In this document: one piece after another, positions 34,401-48,000 of the stretch
Position numbering within the stretch: position 1 is the stretch's first letter
Layout: every line of letters begins with the position of its first letter
NCBI GenBank assembly: GCA_040954595.2
Contig: CM082594.2
Coordinates: 3,891,319 to 3,955,318 of the forward strand
Direction of reading: 5' to 3'
Source of the DNA: Balanoglossus misakiensis
Lineage: Eukaryota; Animalia; Hemichordata
Length of the DNA stretch: 64,000 bases
Notes under the pieces: model-generated
Databases searched by the model: none
Seen by the model: only the letters and a program-made list of their open reading frames with translations
Told to the model about the DNA's origin: nothing
Translations under genes and position numbers: made by a program

Positions 34401-37400
34401 GGGGCTTTGCTAAACCGTAAACAGTTTGCTCGTCAAGCGCACGCCACGGTGAAATAACAAATACGAGCAATTTTACGTGTACATAGCAATATTTTACTCA
34501 TTTGACTTTTCCCCATCACTAGGTGATAGACGGATATTTGAATTCAGTATCGGCTGTCATGTGAAGGACACGCAACAAGTACAAAAGCGGGTTTTTGCAT
34601 AGGAAGAAAATTATCCAAAAGCAAAAACTTATTTTTTGGTTATGTAGTTGATGACAGTGTGGGCAAGACAAAATGCACATTTTGTGGATTTACAACTTAT
34701 TTTGCTCGCACATGATACTCATTCTGATACACGGGAATTTATACCCTAAAATTAATTATTTATTTGGGGTTTTGTTTGTTTGTTTGTTTGTTATGCCTTT
34801 GAAAACATAAAATTAAACCCCTTCTGCCACTTTCGCATTATTTTCATGATTGAATTACTTTCCAGCTTAAATTGGTCCACTACATAAGCTTAATAATAGT
34901 TAGGTATACATGAATATCTTATCGATGCCAGTTTGTGGCTGTATGTTGCAGTTCGAACAAGCGATATATTAAACGGGTGCTGCACCTGTTTAATAGGCCT
35001 AAATACAAAGAGTACACAACTACCGTGGTAGGCGTCGCCAAGAGATGGCAAACCGATGGCTTAATGGGGGAATTTTATAAGATAGGGAGGTTTGAGGAGA
35101 TTTGAAGTATTTTATTGTGGAAGTAATATGTGAAATTTGGCAGCTCATGGGGGTTTAACATGAACATACATAATACTAACATATTATGAAACACTGATTA
35201 CCTGTACACAGAAGCACAAAGTCAATTGGGGCAATAAAAACAGCAGCGCGACTCCACTATGACCTAAATTCCTCTGAGGGAGATCAGCAATACTATGTCA
35301 GTTAACACGCAAATGTATAAGTAACATTTCACTTGAAACTCTAACATGAGTATGAGTTATGTGTGTAAAGAAAGGACTACTCATGCAGTGCTAGGGTACT
35401 GTTTGCTCATTTGACATTTGAACTTTCTCAACATGACAGGGCTGCCATACTGTTGTCGTGATTCTGTACTTTTGAATTACGCATATAGTGGTTGTAAAGT
35501 AGTTGGCACAACTCAATCATGGAGTACGTAGCTACGTTGTTGGGTGCGGCATTTAACGCAATAATACCAGCACGGCAATTATCGGGGCAACTGTGTAATT
35601 GAATCGCCATCTTCTTGCATGGGTCGTTAGTTCGATTAAAGTCTTCCACTAACTAAACACTGTAAAATGGGTTATTTTCGCTACAGGAAATTTCGCGAAA
35701 TCAAAAGAGGCAACTGTTACGCGAAGATTAATTTTCGCGTTCTTGTATTTCACTAACGGCATCGTTATCTCCGAAAACATTTTACGCGACTTTTTATCTT
35801 CACGTTTTTGGCTCTCGCGTATTTCGCCAAAATTTACTACTCGCGAAAATAACCCGTTTTACAGTAAATTGTGCGGAGAATGCTTTCTACATTATTTTGT
35901 GACTTGGCGGGTCAATCAGAGCGCGTGTTACGCCATATTGGGAAACAGTACTGTACCAGTAATAAGGGATTATTATTGGCTACTTAAATTCATTATACAA
36001 CCGCATGGTGGCGCTTAGTAAGTCCACGATCTATTCCACTCAGGCCTGTTTTCAGGCAATCTGATTAAAAGCAGATGTAGGGAACGGTGACGTCGTTTAC
36101 TTACGCGGTACGTTTTTATGTGTGAGATGTCAGCATAAGAAAACCATGCCGTGTAATCAAAAGACGTCGCCGTTCCCTACATCTGATTTTAATCATACAC
36201 ATGTACATGAATGGGTTTTCAGGTAGCATCAATCTGTCCGGACAAGAGACCTTGGCAAGCGAATATTTATTTGAATGTCAAAAACCTGATACCCAGATAT
36301 CCGATGTACAAGTTGCAAAACAAATCTTGGCAACATTGTGAATAGCTGTGGACACGCACCTGTGCTGAGGCCTTGTATCGTTGCGCGCGTAAGGGGTCAA
36401 TGAGCGGTCACCGCCACTATGTCTCCTCTATTGTACTGCCAACTACGGCCAGTCCGTAGGTGAACGAACCTTCGACTATAGACTGTTGTGCATGCAATCA
36501 TTATGCCGTGCGTATCCGGTCATGAGAAACAACGCCCGCAGAAGATAATAAAACAAACTTACCTCTTCTGGATTCTATAATTATTATTAATAATGTAAAG
36601 GATACTGAATAGAGAGTCCTCCAATAGGCAAGTGTGCTGATGACATCCACTGAAACTGTGACATGGCTGTAAACGTCATATTGGTTTACCATGAGTTGAG
36701 TCACATGTTCTACCGTAGTGCAAGCATTTCAATGATGTACAGAAACTCTAGCGTATTTCAGAACTATATCGTGTGTGTTTCAGAACTAAATAAGGGAAAT
36801 GTTTCCAGTCAAAATACACTCCAACGTCGTAAGGATGTTTGGATGACCACTTGGGGAAAACATCAGTCTTGCTCTCGCGCCTCGGTCGTGCGGTCGTGGT
36901 CTCAGCCTAGATTTGCGCAAGCGCACGTACAACTGTGACAATTTAGCGTCGCTCTTATTGTTATGTAAATAATTATTCCCGCCCAGGCACATGAGGCATG
37001 GACACACGGAGTTCATGACCTCTTGAAAAGGTTACGGATTCGCCCGACATCCCGAAGTCATATTTACTACTCACAAAGTCTTGATAATTCTCAATTATAG
37101 ATATTGATACTTCGGGCTTGAACATGGGCTGAGTCCTAACCCAAAATTGTTTTGATTAGTAGTCATAAGTGTTTTTGTGTCGCAACAAGAGTCATTGTGC
37201 GCCCTCACCGCCTGAAAATACTGTGGCAAATGTTTCTTGTAGAATCAAGTTCCAAGATATTCAATCTGATTAAAATCAGATGTAGGGAGCGGCGACGTGT
37301 TTTTATGCTGTAGCCTCACATAAAAAAACACGTCGCCGTTACCTACATCTGATTTTAATTAGATTGCAAGATATTTTACGCTGACATAACTTACTCTCTT

Positions 37401-39657
37401 CCTTTCTTTCTTTCGTTCTTGATTTCTTTCTTTTTTTCGTTGTTCAGTGGCACAATCAACAGAAACGCCATATTCAACTACGGACGCCGGATCTGGGACA
37501 ACTTCACCAATGGAAACAGATGTGACGACGACACGTCACCAAACAATCAGCACCACAACAGACAGTCAACCAATCAACCTAACGACCACAAGCACCACGA
37601 CTGATGGCGGTATTCAGACCCAGGCTACGTCTGACTACACGACATTTGGCTTTACAACGGAGCCTCCCTTGTATACAACGGAGCCTCCACCTAACACAAT
37701 GCCACCCCCGGTGAATACAACAGAGCCTCCCGCGAACACCACGGAGGCTCCCGTGAATACAACGGAGCCTCCCATGAATACAGTACCAGCAAATGCAACA
37801 CAGCCACCGGTGAACACATCACAACCTCCGGTGACTACCACACTCCCACCGCAACCATCCACAACTCCATCCCAAGTAAATGCAACGCAGCCTTCGGGGA
37901 ATGCGACATTACCTCCAGTAAATACAACGACAGGACCTGGAATTGGCACAACTGAAAGTTACGAAACTGACGTGACAACTCGACTTCAGACATTCAGTAC
38001 CACCACAACAGACAGTCAACCCATCAACCATACCACCGCAAGTATCGCGACTGACTTTTTTACCCAAGCCACGGTGAATTATACAACAATTGAAACTGTC
38101 ACTCAGCTCGTTTCTACTGTGGACACAGCACAGCCTCCTGTTACCACTGCTCCACCAACAACTGCAGCAGTGGACACAACCCAACCTCCTGCAGTTACAA
38201 CGACGACAGCCACAACACTGTCTCCTACCACTTCTGCAGCAACAGTTACAACCCTGACTTCCACCATCGGCAGTACAACCGACTCTGTTTCAACAACGAC
38301 GCCGATCTCAACTACAGTGGCGGGCGGGTGTCGGCCAATAGTAACGGGCATAGGTAAGCCAAACACACCACAGGTCATTCGTAGTGAAAATTAAGTGCCT
38401 CGCACGTTCATAAATGAACACACCGTAGGTTATAGCAGTACGTTGTCACTCTACTCCTGAATAATAACGATACTTCTTTGCTATGTTTCTTCAAAAGATG
38501 CTTGTATCAGCGATCCATGTGAGAACAACGGGACATGTGTGAATAGCGGTGTGTCGTATCATTGCATTTGTCCAACAGGCTGGGTAGGAAGAAACTGCCA
38601 ACTTGGTAAGCTATGATAATGAGATATCAGAGGTCGCAAAATTGGAGAATACTCGAAAATGGAAATTTCTCTGGTCCAACTCCCTTTGCACCGCACAAAC
38701 GCCAGATTAATTCATATTAAATCTGAACGTACGGTCCTACCTGCTTATTGTCGACATCGAAAATCCCAATCATTAATCTGTAGATTCAGAACAAATTTAG
38801 AACAAATCAAAACAGATATTAAAATCACTTTTGTTGACTGTTTTGAGATGTAATTTGTTATTTTCTTCCATCGCTCTCCAGGGAAAAACTGGTGCACGAA
38901 TTTACCTTGTCAAAATGGTGGTACCTGCCGGAATAGGGGCAATGGTTACACGTGTGACTGTGTGCCCGGCTACAGTGGAGCTGACTGCTCAGAGGGTGAG
39001 TGAAATAGACCATTTTCATGACCCCTTACATGACCTTACATCCTCGTACTTCCGTTGGTAGGAATCTATCGGGTTGACTATAACCTCCACAAAAAAATCC
39101 ATAATGTCAGCTGTAGTCAATGAATAATGTACTGAAAGTGACTCTTTTGACAACGCTGTACCAACGAAAGTACAAGGATATAAGGTCATATAAGGGTCAT
39201 TAAAGTAGACTATTGTGACATCTACGTTGAGACCAAACAACATGCCTTTAATTGTCCCTGCTGTATTGGGGCGAATGCCATGCAGAGGGTGCCACAAATA
39301 TACAGTAGAGATAATATTGGATTTACAAAAAGTATAGTACGTTATGAATATTTAATTTTGGACTGTCATAATTCCAGCGCAGTTGCGCATGTGCGGCTGA
39401 ATTTGGCGTACATGTACTTACTTCAAAGGAAGCGCCCGCAAGTTGTGAAAAAAACTGAACATAACACATACGTTTATTGTGGGTTTCTTTTTTTTGCAGC
39501 GTCCTCTGGTCCAGATTGCACCAAAAATTGTTACTTTGGAGTGTGTGAAGTAATGAACGGACAAACACAAACATGCCACTGTGACAGCGGTTTTGTAAAG
39601 TTCACCCAAGGCAATCTTGTCACTGATATTTGTGTTGGTAAGTTGGTCAAACTACAC

Positions 39658-39736
<79 letters not shown>

Positions 39737-41956
39737 TGGTCTCCTCTTGTTTGGCTGTCTGTTTCTGTATCTGTCTTCATGTATATGTTCCTCTTTTGTA
39801 TTACTCTTTCGAGGGTGACATTTGTGATTTAGAATTATTAATTTAATTATTTCTGCCGTCTCTTTCCACAGACATAAACGAATGTGTTGCGGGTGGGAAC
39901 AGTTGCTCACACGTTTGCGTCAATCTGCCGGGATACCACCTTTGTCTTTGTCCGCGTGGCTACGAGTTGGAAGAAGATGGAGTAACATGTACTGGTGAGT
40001 GGCAAACATCGAAAGCCGCCAATCCTGCTTTGTACTGATATAACAGAGGAATGGTGCTCCTCACTGTCATTGATGTTCAAGTGTATACGCAATATCATAT
40101 ATAGAGACACGGGAGCAGAAATGAGACATTCACTAGACTTTTAAGATGTACACTTTCATTATTTACAATCTTCCTTGCAGATATTAACGAATGCGAATCA
40201 AATCCCTGCTTATACGGCCAGTGTGTAGATTTGGTGGGTTCATATCGGTGTGACTGTTGCCCGGGGTACGCTGGCAAGAAATGTGACGAGGGTAAGTGGC
40301 ATAATCTGACGTTATGGTGATATTTATTACACATGTATATACATATTATAATATGCCTGGACTGAATCCAAGGAGCGCAAAACAAGGATAATTTACAATT
40401 TTTGTGATGAACTTTTGACATTTTTTTTCAGATATCGATGAATGCGAATCTGACCCTTGCGTATATGGGGATTGTATCGATCTTGTCGATGCATACGAAT
40501 GTGAATGCTGGGACGGATTCGAAGGAACTAACTGTGACATCGGTGCGTATCTCCATACATCTTAACCTTATCACCAACATTGTTTTCTATGGAAAAAATA
40601 GACCTTAGAGGGAACTGGGGACGAAAGGGTTAATTTCTAATTACCTTGGCAACAGAGTTGCCAACATTCTTAACATTAGGCGTTGCTTGCTAACAATGAT
40701 ATTTGGATAATTTTATCCTAGTTAGGCGTTTGCGTTAATTGCATTGTAATTATGCACATTATTTTATAAATACTACTTCACACTTATGTATACTTCTGTA
40801 TTCCATAAACTGTCACACGTCTATCGTGCTTTTTTGTAGAAATTAACGAATGTGACGACCAACCGTGTATGAACGGCGCTACCTGTACCGACCTCAAAGC
40901 AACCTACCGGTGTACATGTGCTCCTGGTTGGACTGGTTTCAACTGTACCGAAGGTCTGTATTAACATGTACCCTCATTCATAATTCCCCTTTCTATTCGT
41001 GTATTTAAGTTCGTTGACCCTCTAACTAACTATATCTTTACTACATTTGCTGAATAATTACTTGTTGGTAACCATTTTATTTGCAGACGTCGACGAATGT
41101 GCCAGCAATCCGTGTGTCTACGGATTCTGTGAAGATCTGATAGGCATGTACCTGTGTCACTGCGACCAAGGTTGGAGCGGAATAAAGTGTGCATCAGGTT
41201 GGTTATATGTAGAGTTAGTACAGGCGGCCATTACAGTACAGGCGGCCATTTTGAAATTCAAATTTGAGAGAATTTCGCACACTGAGGGCGCCCCATACAC
41301 TCCCACCCTTCGGTTTCTCACAGATCTGCAGGTGGCCAATAAAAACACCAAGAACTAATTCCTCAGTTCTCTTCAATATTGTTTAAACTCCACAGACATC
41401 GATGAATGTGAAAATGGAGACGACACTTGCAGCCATGAATGCGTCAACGTAGATCGAACAGAAAACCCGAACGGTTACTACTGCCTCTGTCCTGAGGGGT
41501 CTCACCTTGACAACGACAACGCAACCTGTATTGGTAAGCAATATATGACAGAATCAGTGATTGCCATGTAGCTGATATTAACTACTAGTACAGAACTCTA
41601 CTGTAAAGATTAAGGTGCATAACAATATGTATATGGTATAGTTTACTAAGAAATTCAACGAGGCATTGTATATTGATCCAATTTCTTAATAATAATCGTC
41701 GAACTGGTTTAGTGCTAATTACTTTCAAATGATACAATAGCCAAACAAAACATGTGCGTTACTGTTTCCGCATTCAGACACGGATGAATGTGCCGGGAAT
41801 TTGCATAAGTGCCATGCATACGCAAACTGCACCAACCAGGTGGGAGGTTATATGTGTACATGCAAGTCAGGATACAGGGGAGATGGATACCAGTGTAAAG
41901 GTTAGAAAAAATATTTTTCCTTCTGTCTGTCAGTCTATCTGTATGTTTGTAGTATG

Positions 41957-41988
<32 letters not shown>

Positions 41989-42026
41989 TGTATGTATGGA
42001 TGTATGTATGTATGTATGTATGTATG

Positions 42027-42063
<37 letters not shown>

Positions 42064-45000
42064 GTCTCTCTATCTAGCTACATGTATGTATGTCCCTAAA
42101 ATTGAGATTTAGGTTTTTTTATCTGCGTGCTTAGAGATCATACTATTTCCCTATGGTGAAGAAAGGGGTGATAAGAAACTCAGAGAAAATTACGACAGGG
42201 ACGCCTCTCCGCGACCTTCATTTGACCTTGTCAGCGAAACTATTACATACCTGACAGGTTTCCCATTCTGGAGAAATTTCTACAGCAACATATATGTAAG
42301 TACATGCGCAGTATAGTATTGAATTTAACTTTGCAGATGAAAGTACAGTGGCTCCATTACTCGTTTTGAATTCTTTCGACTGTTTTGCTATAAACCTTGT
42401 ACACTCATGAGTGCTGCTTCTTGTTGATACACGTATTAAAATATCACATTTTCTCTATACCCATTAGTTCACGGACAACGGGTTGGTGATCTTCAAGAAC
42501 GTCAAGGACGAAAAGTATCCTTTCCCAAATCCTTACAAGAATGGTTTCGTGACCAACAATGATTCTCTGGATATTCCCATGATGGCTGTGTTTTGGGACG
42601 ACGTTGATGTCTCGGATGAGAACGTCGGGGAAGTCTTCTACCATGTACGTGTCTTGTCTTTCAACACAGGGACCCTGTCTCTTTGCTTTATGAACAGCGT
42701 TTGACATATAAAATGAGTTGTGGCTTATACATACGGTCTTGAATGTTGAGCTACAGGAAATACAGGTCAAAAGGGGGGGGGGGTCAGAAAGTGAGAAATG
42801 GAGATGGATTATCGCCTTGTCATGCACTCCCTAATCCGTCTGTTCACGTGGTGCATAAAATGCACTCCCTCTATTTGATAGAGGGGCTGTGGTAAAACTA
42901 ATTTCGCCCAATGTTTTATCTTGACAAAGGTTTATGATCGCAGTCCTGGAAAAAGTGCCTCAAATGAAGATCATGAAATGTTGGATAGAGTCAGTGAATA
43001 CGTCAGAAGCAATCAACATGCCTATCCCCATCCTCCTTATTATTGGTATTACCGACCCGATTCACGGTTCTACGACTTCCGAGCAGAATGGATGCTGTTG
43101 ATAACGTGGCATGAAGTGGCGGCCGTACCAGTGAATTACTCCAGGTCCAATGTAAGTGCAGGCGCCATGTTTTGCACCGGAAGTGAGTAGGCGCCATGTT
43201 TTGCGCCGGAAGTGAGGTAATCACTGACCGGAAGTGTCTATTTCGGAACTTAGGAGGGTGTTATCTTTTCTGGTAAATTCTTGCATGGCTTCTGTTTATG
43301 TTGTCCTTTGCTGGGTGGTAATAGTAGTGGAAATTATTCCACTGGTTCATTGTTTTGCAGACCAACACCTTCCAAGCGGCCTTGGTAACCGATGGCGTCT
43401 ACGGCTTCGTGGTCGTCAACTACAAGGAAGACGAAATGAAATGGAACTACAGAGTGCGCGAGAACAACGACGTCATCATCGGTTACCATGGAATCTACAG
43501 CTATTATTATAGCTCCTATAAGTATCACTACGTGCGCAACGTGCAGAAAGCAGAGCTGTCGTCGCTCAGTCGCAAATACCGACCTGATCAGTATAACGGG
43601 AACACAAATAAGAAGGGGAGGTGGATATTCCGTGTGGAAAACCACTACAGATACACCGTGAATCCGAAAAAGCACTGCCTGGATTGGTACTATCGACAAC
43701 CAGACCCTGATACTTGGAGCTGGGGATTGGGAACTTGTCCGTGTGGTTTTGGACAGGGACGGCAGGATAACTCCTTCGCCGGCGGCAATGAAGAAGACGA
43801 AGATGCTGCTAGAAACTTCGATGATGATGAGATTGATCCAAGTTTACTCCGGAATATCAACAGACGACGAGGCAAGTACTTTGTGTCCTTACTCGATACT
43901 GATAGCTAGATACAATGCGTGGCATTATAAACATCAGTATACCCTACCGAGAATCTAGAAGAGGTATAAAATAGCATGTGCTCATTTCAGTCATTGCGAA
44001 AGTTACAGTGTCAAAGGTATATAGTCACTTATGTAAATGTACCTGAGGTTACCATGGAAAGTAAAGATCTAGCCAAACATCTGGATGACCACCAGGAAAG
44101 AAATGTCTCATCAAACTGTCATTAGCATACTTGGGACACAGCCTTTTAAGTTTTAGGTATACAGAACTGTAGATTAGAGGTGACTGTATCCATTAAACTA
44201 ACCGATTCATGAATTGTGGATATAAATTGATTGAAAGAAATGGGTAAGTAAGTAGTAACACAATAAGGTAGGTAACAATTTAATAAAGTGACGTGATAAT
44301 TAGTCTAGGCATATTAAGGAAAGGTCGTTGATTGGCCAGAATCTGTGTCTTTCCACAGGCAGAAGCTTTACAATTCAATCGAGCTTTCCGAATCCCTACG
44401 GAGCTGGCCAGCGATGTCGGTACAGGTCTGATCACTCTCTCGTGGAAGGCTATGGCAGTTATGTGTGGGACAGCAGCTTTACTGAGCGGTGGCAGTTCTC
44501 TGGGCGTTTCTGGTGGTGGAGATGGTTTAATTGGCACATATACAGGCTTTGGTTGAGTAAGTAGAGTAATTCTGTCCCCCCCCCCCAAAAAAAAAAATCA
44601 ATATTTTAACCACCCACGTGCAATTTTTGAGTTTACAATTTATGGCCAAATTAACACAATATATTAATTATTCCATTTCTAGATGAAGATATTATGCCAC
44701 GTTATTACTGCTGCCAGTATTCACGAGACCCCTATTTCTGTGACTTGTATTCTGAGAAGAGACCCCCCGGAACGTGTGATGGATATTTCCCTCCAATATG
44801 GGGTAAGTGATGGAATAAGATTATCTCGAGTTTCTTGCATAAGAGCCATGTTTTGTTCATTGCTTAATGATGCTTAATCACCCATTGTCGCCCAGCGATG
44901 CCTGTTTATATCACATCTACTTAAATATAGGATGGATGCTTGGGGATCCCCACATCACAACTCTTGATGGCGTTTCATACACATTCAACGGACATGGCGA

Positions 45001-48000
45001 ATACGCACTGGTAAAAGTTGACGATGGCGTCTTCAGTCTACAAGGAAGAACTGCGAGAGCCGAAACAAAGAACGGCACGGAAAGCCAGGCCACTGTGTTT
45101 GTGGCATTTGCCGCCAAAGAAGAGAACAGTTCTACGGTATGTATTTAGGTTGGAACATCTGAAAGTTTAGTAATGGGTTGCCATTCAGGTTCGTGTCACG
45201 GTTGACACGGGTATTTTTTATTAAAAATCGTATATGACAAAAAGTACCATGAACCATTCAGATATAACGGTTAATGTCACAATACACAAAGTTTATAAGT
45301 TTACATCAAGTAATATTGCTCGCTACAATGATGTTACTGTTTTGTCGCTAGGTTCACGTTCAGTTGACAGAAGACGGTTCTGATTATGACGTACGGATTG
45401 ATGGGGAGCTTTTTAATAAAACCTTTTTGGATGACCGTGAGTTTATGTTCTTTTAATTTTTATTATTAATCTTTACAAAGTTGTGTTGAGTTTATGACAG
45501 TGAAAATACTAGTGTACATTGTGCATACATACATACATACATGTATAGGGTCAAGTACATCTCTTTTTCTCCACAGAATCATACACACCAAACGGGACAT
45601 CCCTGTCACTGTCATTAAGCCAAGAGGAATCTACTTCCGGTTCAACTGATAAAACCAGGCTTGTTGTGGCATTTCCATCGAATATAGCAATATCTATCGG
45701 GATTGCAGAACAGATGTTGGACGTGCTGTTTTCGGCACCAAATGAGTTCAAAGGTCGTGTTTCCGGATTACTAGGTTCGTAAAAGTACATATGTAGAACC
45801 GATTTAAAATAGTACAATCTGAGACATTTGTAGTTGAATGTGAATATGCAGTTTGCAATTCTAAATTTTTATCGGTCGTCAGCACACCCCCATGAAGGTA
45901 ACTTGTGCGCCACTTAATGGAGAATCATACATGTGTTTTAAGAGTAGTGAAAATAACTGCTTGTATCAAGACTATTTTTAATTACCCACATTTCACTGAT
46001 ATTTCTGCATTGCTACTGCAGGATTCTGGGATGGCGACCCATCCCACGAGTTCAAGTTACCGGATGGTTCATTCAAACAGCCAAGTGGTGACAACTTTAC
46101 CGACGCCGAGTATTTCGAGTTCGGCAAACAGTGTGAGTACAGACCTTTTCCCGGTCATTCTTGACTGTTCTTCAACTAGCCATTTCAAATAGTGTTCGGC
46201 GATGCAATTCTTCATGCCCCAATAAATAATGTATCGAAGGTGGAACATGTTAACGTGAGGGTGTCCAAGGTATGAATGCCAAGGTGTCGTCTGCACCAAG
46301 TCTATGGGTGGATCGCACTGCATTGCGGAACGGAACAGGAAATGGGGGCACGTGTAATTTGCATATACGCCATGGTTACCTTGCCCTTTCACCTTCCGGT
46401 TCACCACAGTGCCACCTGAAGAGGGAAAATTATGCTGATTTCAAAACCCGTCTGTGTCTAAGTAAATAATATTGCATCACATAACATTGTTCGTATGTCG
46501 ATACTTATGAACATTTTCCAACAGGGAACGTTTCCGAGGAAGACTCGCTCTTTTGGTACGAAGAAGGCAAGTCGTGGTCGGATTACAACGAACCAGACTT
46601 CGTGCCTAAATTCTTAGATGAACTCATCGAGCAGTACACCACAGACGATCCAGAATATTTAAATAAAATCCGATCAAACTGCGACGATGACCAGCAATGC
46701 CTGTTCGATTCCTTGGCAACTGAGAGAGAAGAGATTGGACTGCTAACAAAGAACTCGTCTACACAAATAAAACAACAACAGATTGATTTAGGTGGGTCGA
46801 ATTGGACTTAATCAGTGGGATGCGGGTGTTCACCGTTGAGGGCGATTTTAGACTTCAGTGACGTCATAATTTCCAATATGGCGTCGTGTGGATGTTCGAT
46901 GTGGTTTGTATTTAGATTGATATATCTCGATTACCATAATGTGTTTCCTTTTCTTTCAGATAATTTTCCTCCAAATGTAACAGTGCGCGGAAGTTCAGTC
47001 TTGGAGGCAGAAGTAGGGAAACGTGCGTCACTTCAGTTGGATGCAACCGATCCCAATCCTGGAGACACCGTGACGTTCCTTCTCTCAGATGACATACAGG
47101 GTGCTTTTATTTCTCAAGGTCAGAGGATAACCATACTTTGTTGTTATCCCAATTTCTGTCGACGTATCTAGTATGATAACCCAATTTTCTTTTGCTTCCT
47201 TGCGCTGATAGAATTGCCAAAGTAGGCTCATGTAGAACCTACAAGCGACAATCATATTCTCTGTGGGCCAATGACAAGCCATTCATGGGGACATGCATAA
47301 GTTATGCACAGCAACCTCCAATCAAAAGTTGATGGTTTCAAACTCTAGTCTTAAGCGCCCATCTTTCATAAAATCAATACAATAACACGCATTTCATAAA
47401 TGTCAGTAAAGTTCAACATAAAACGACAGGCCCAGCATGTTGGCCTGAATGAACCACCAATGTGAGGCCATTTTGTTCTATTCCAGACGGCAATTTCACA
47501 TGGACACCACAGGACACCGAGAGGGTCAATCTGTCAATCATTGTTACGGACGGTGCGGCCAGCGCCGCAGTTGTACCTCTGGTCAAAATATGCAAATGTC
47601 TCAATGGCGGTTCCTGCAATTACAACGTGTCTGTGGAAGGCTACGACATTAACAACGAAAAGTTTGCGGTGGGTATTGATTTCGATGTTCTGGAATTGAA
47701 CTCTGATGGATGAAAATGCAGGCTTTGTATTTCATTGTTTTTGTATTCTAAAATATGTCACACTGAACAAAAAGTAACACTGTGACAATTTTAGCCACAT
47801 TCAGCGTTACAAGTGGCATGTAAACCGAGGAAAATATTAGCCTGTAGTTAACGTTGGTACATGTGTGTTCGATATTTGATTGCAGCATGAAGACACAATA
47901 TTTGCATACGTGTTCGACGGATTTGTTAACTTTCTTGCTTTGGTTTGGATTCTAGGTGGTCACGTGCTTATGTCCACCTGGCTACTCGGGTGACTTCTGC

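Noticed and set aside
37635-38378. Val/Gly-rich minus-strand ORFs
   Set aside because: Antisense shadows of the Thr/Pro mucin exon.
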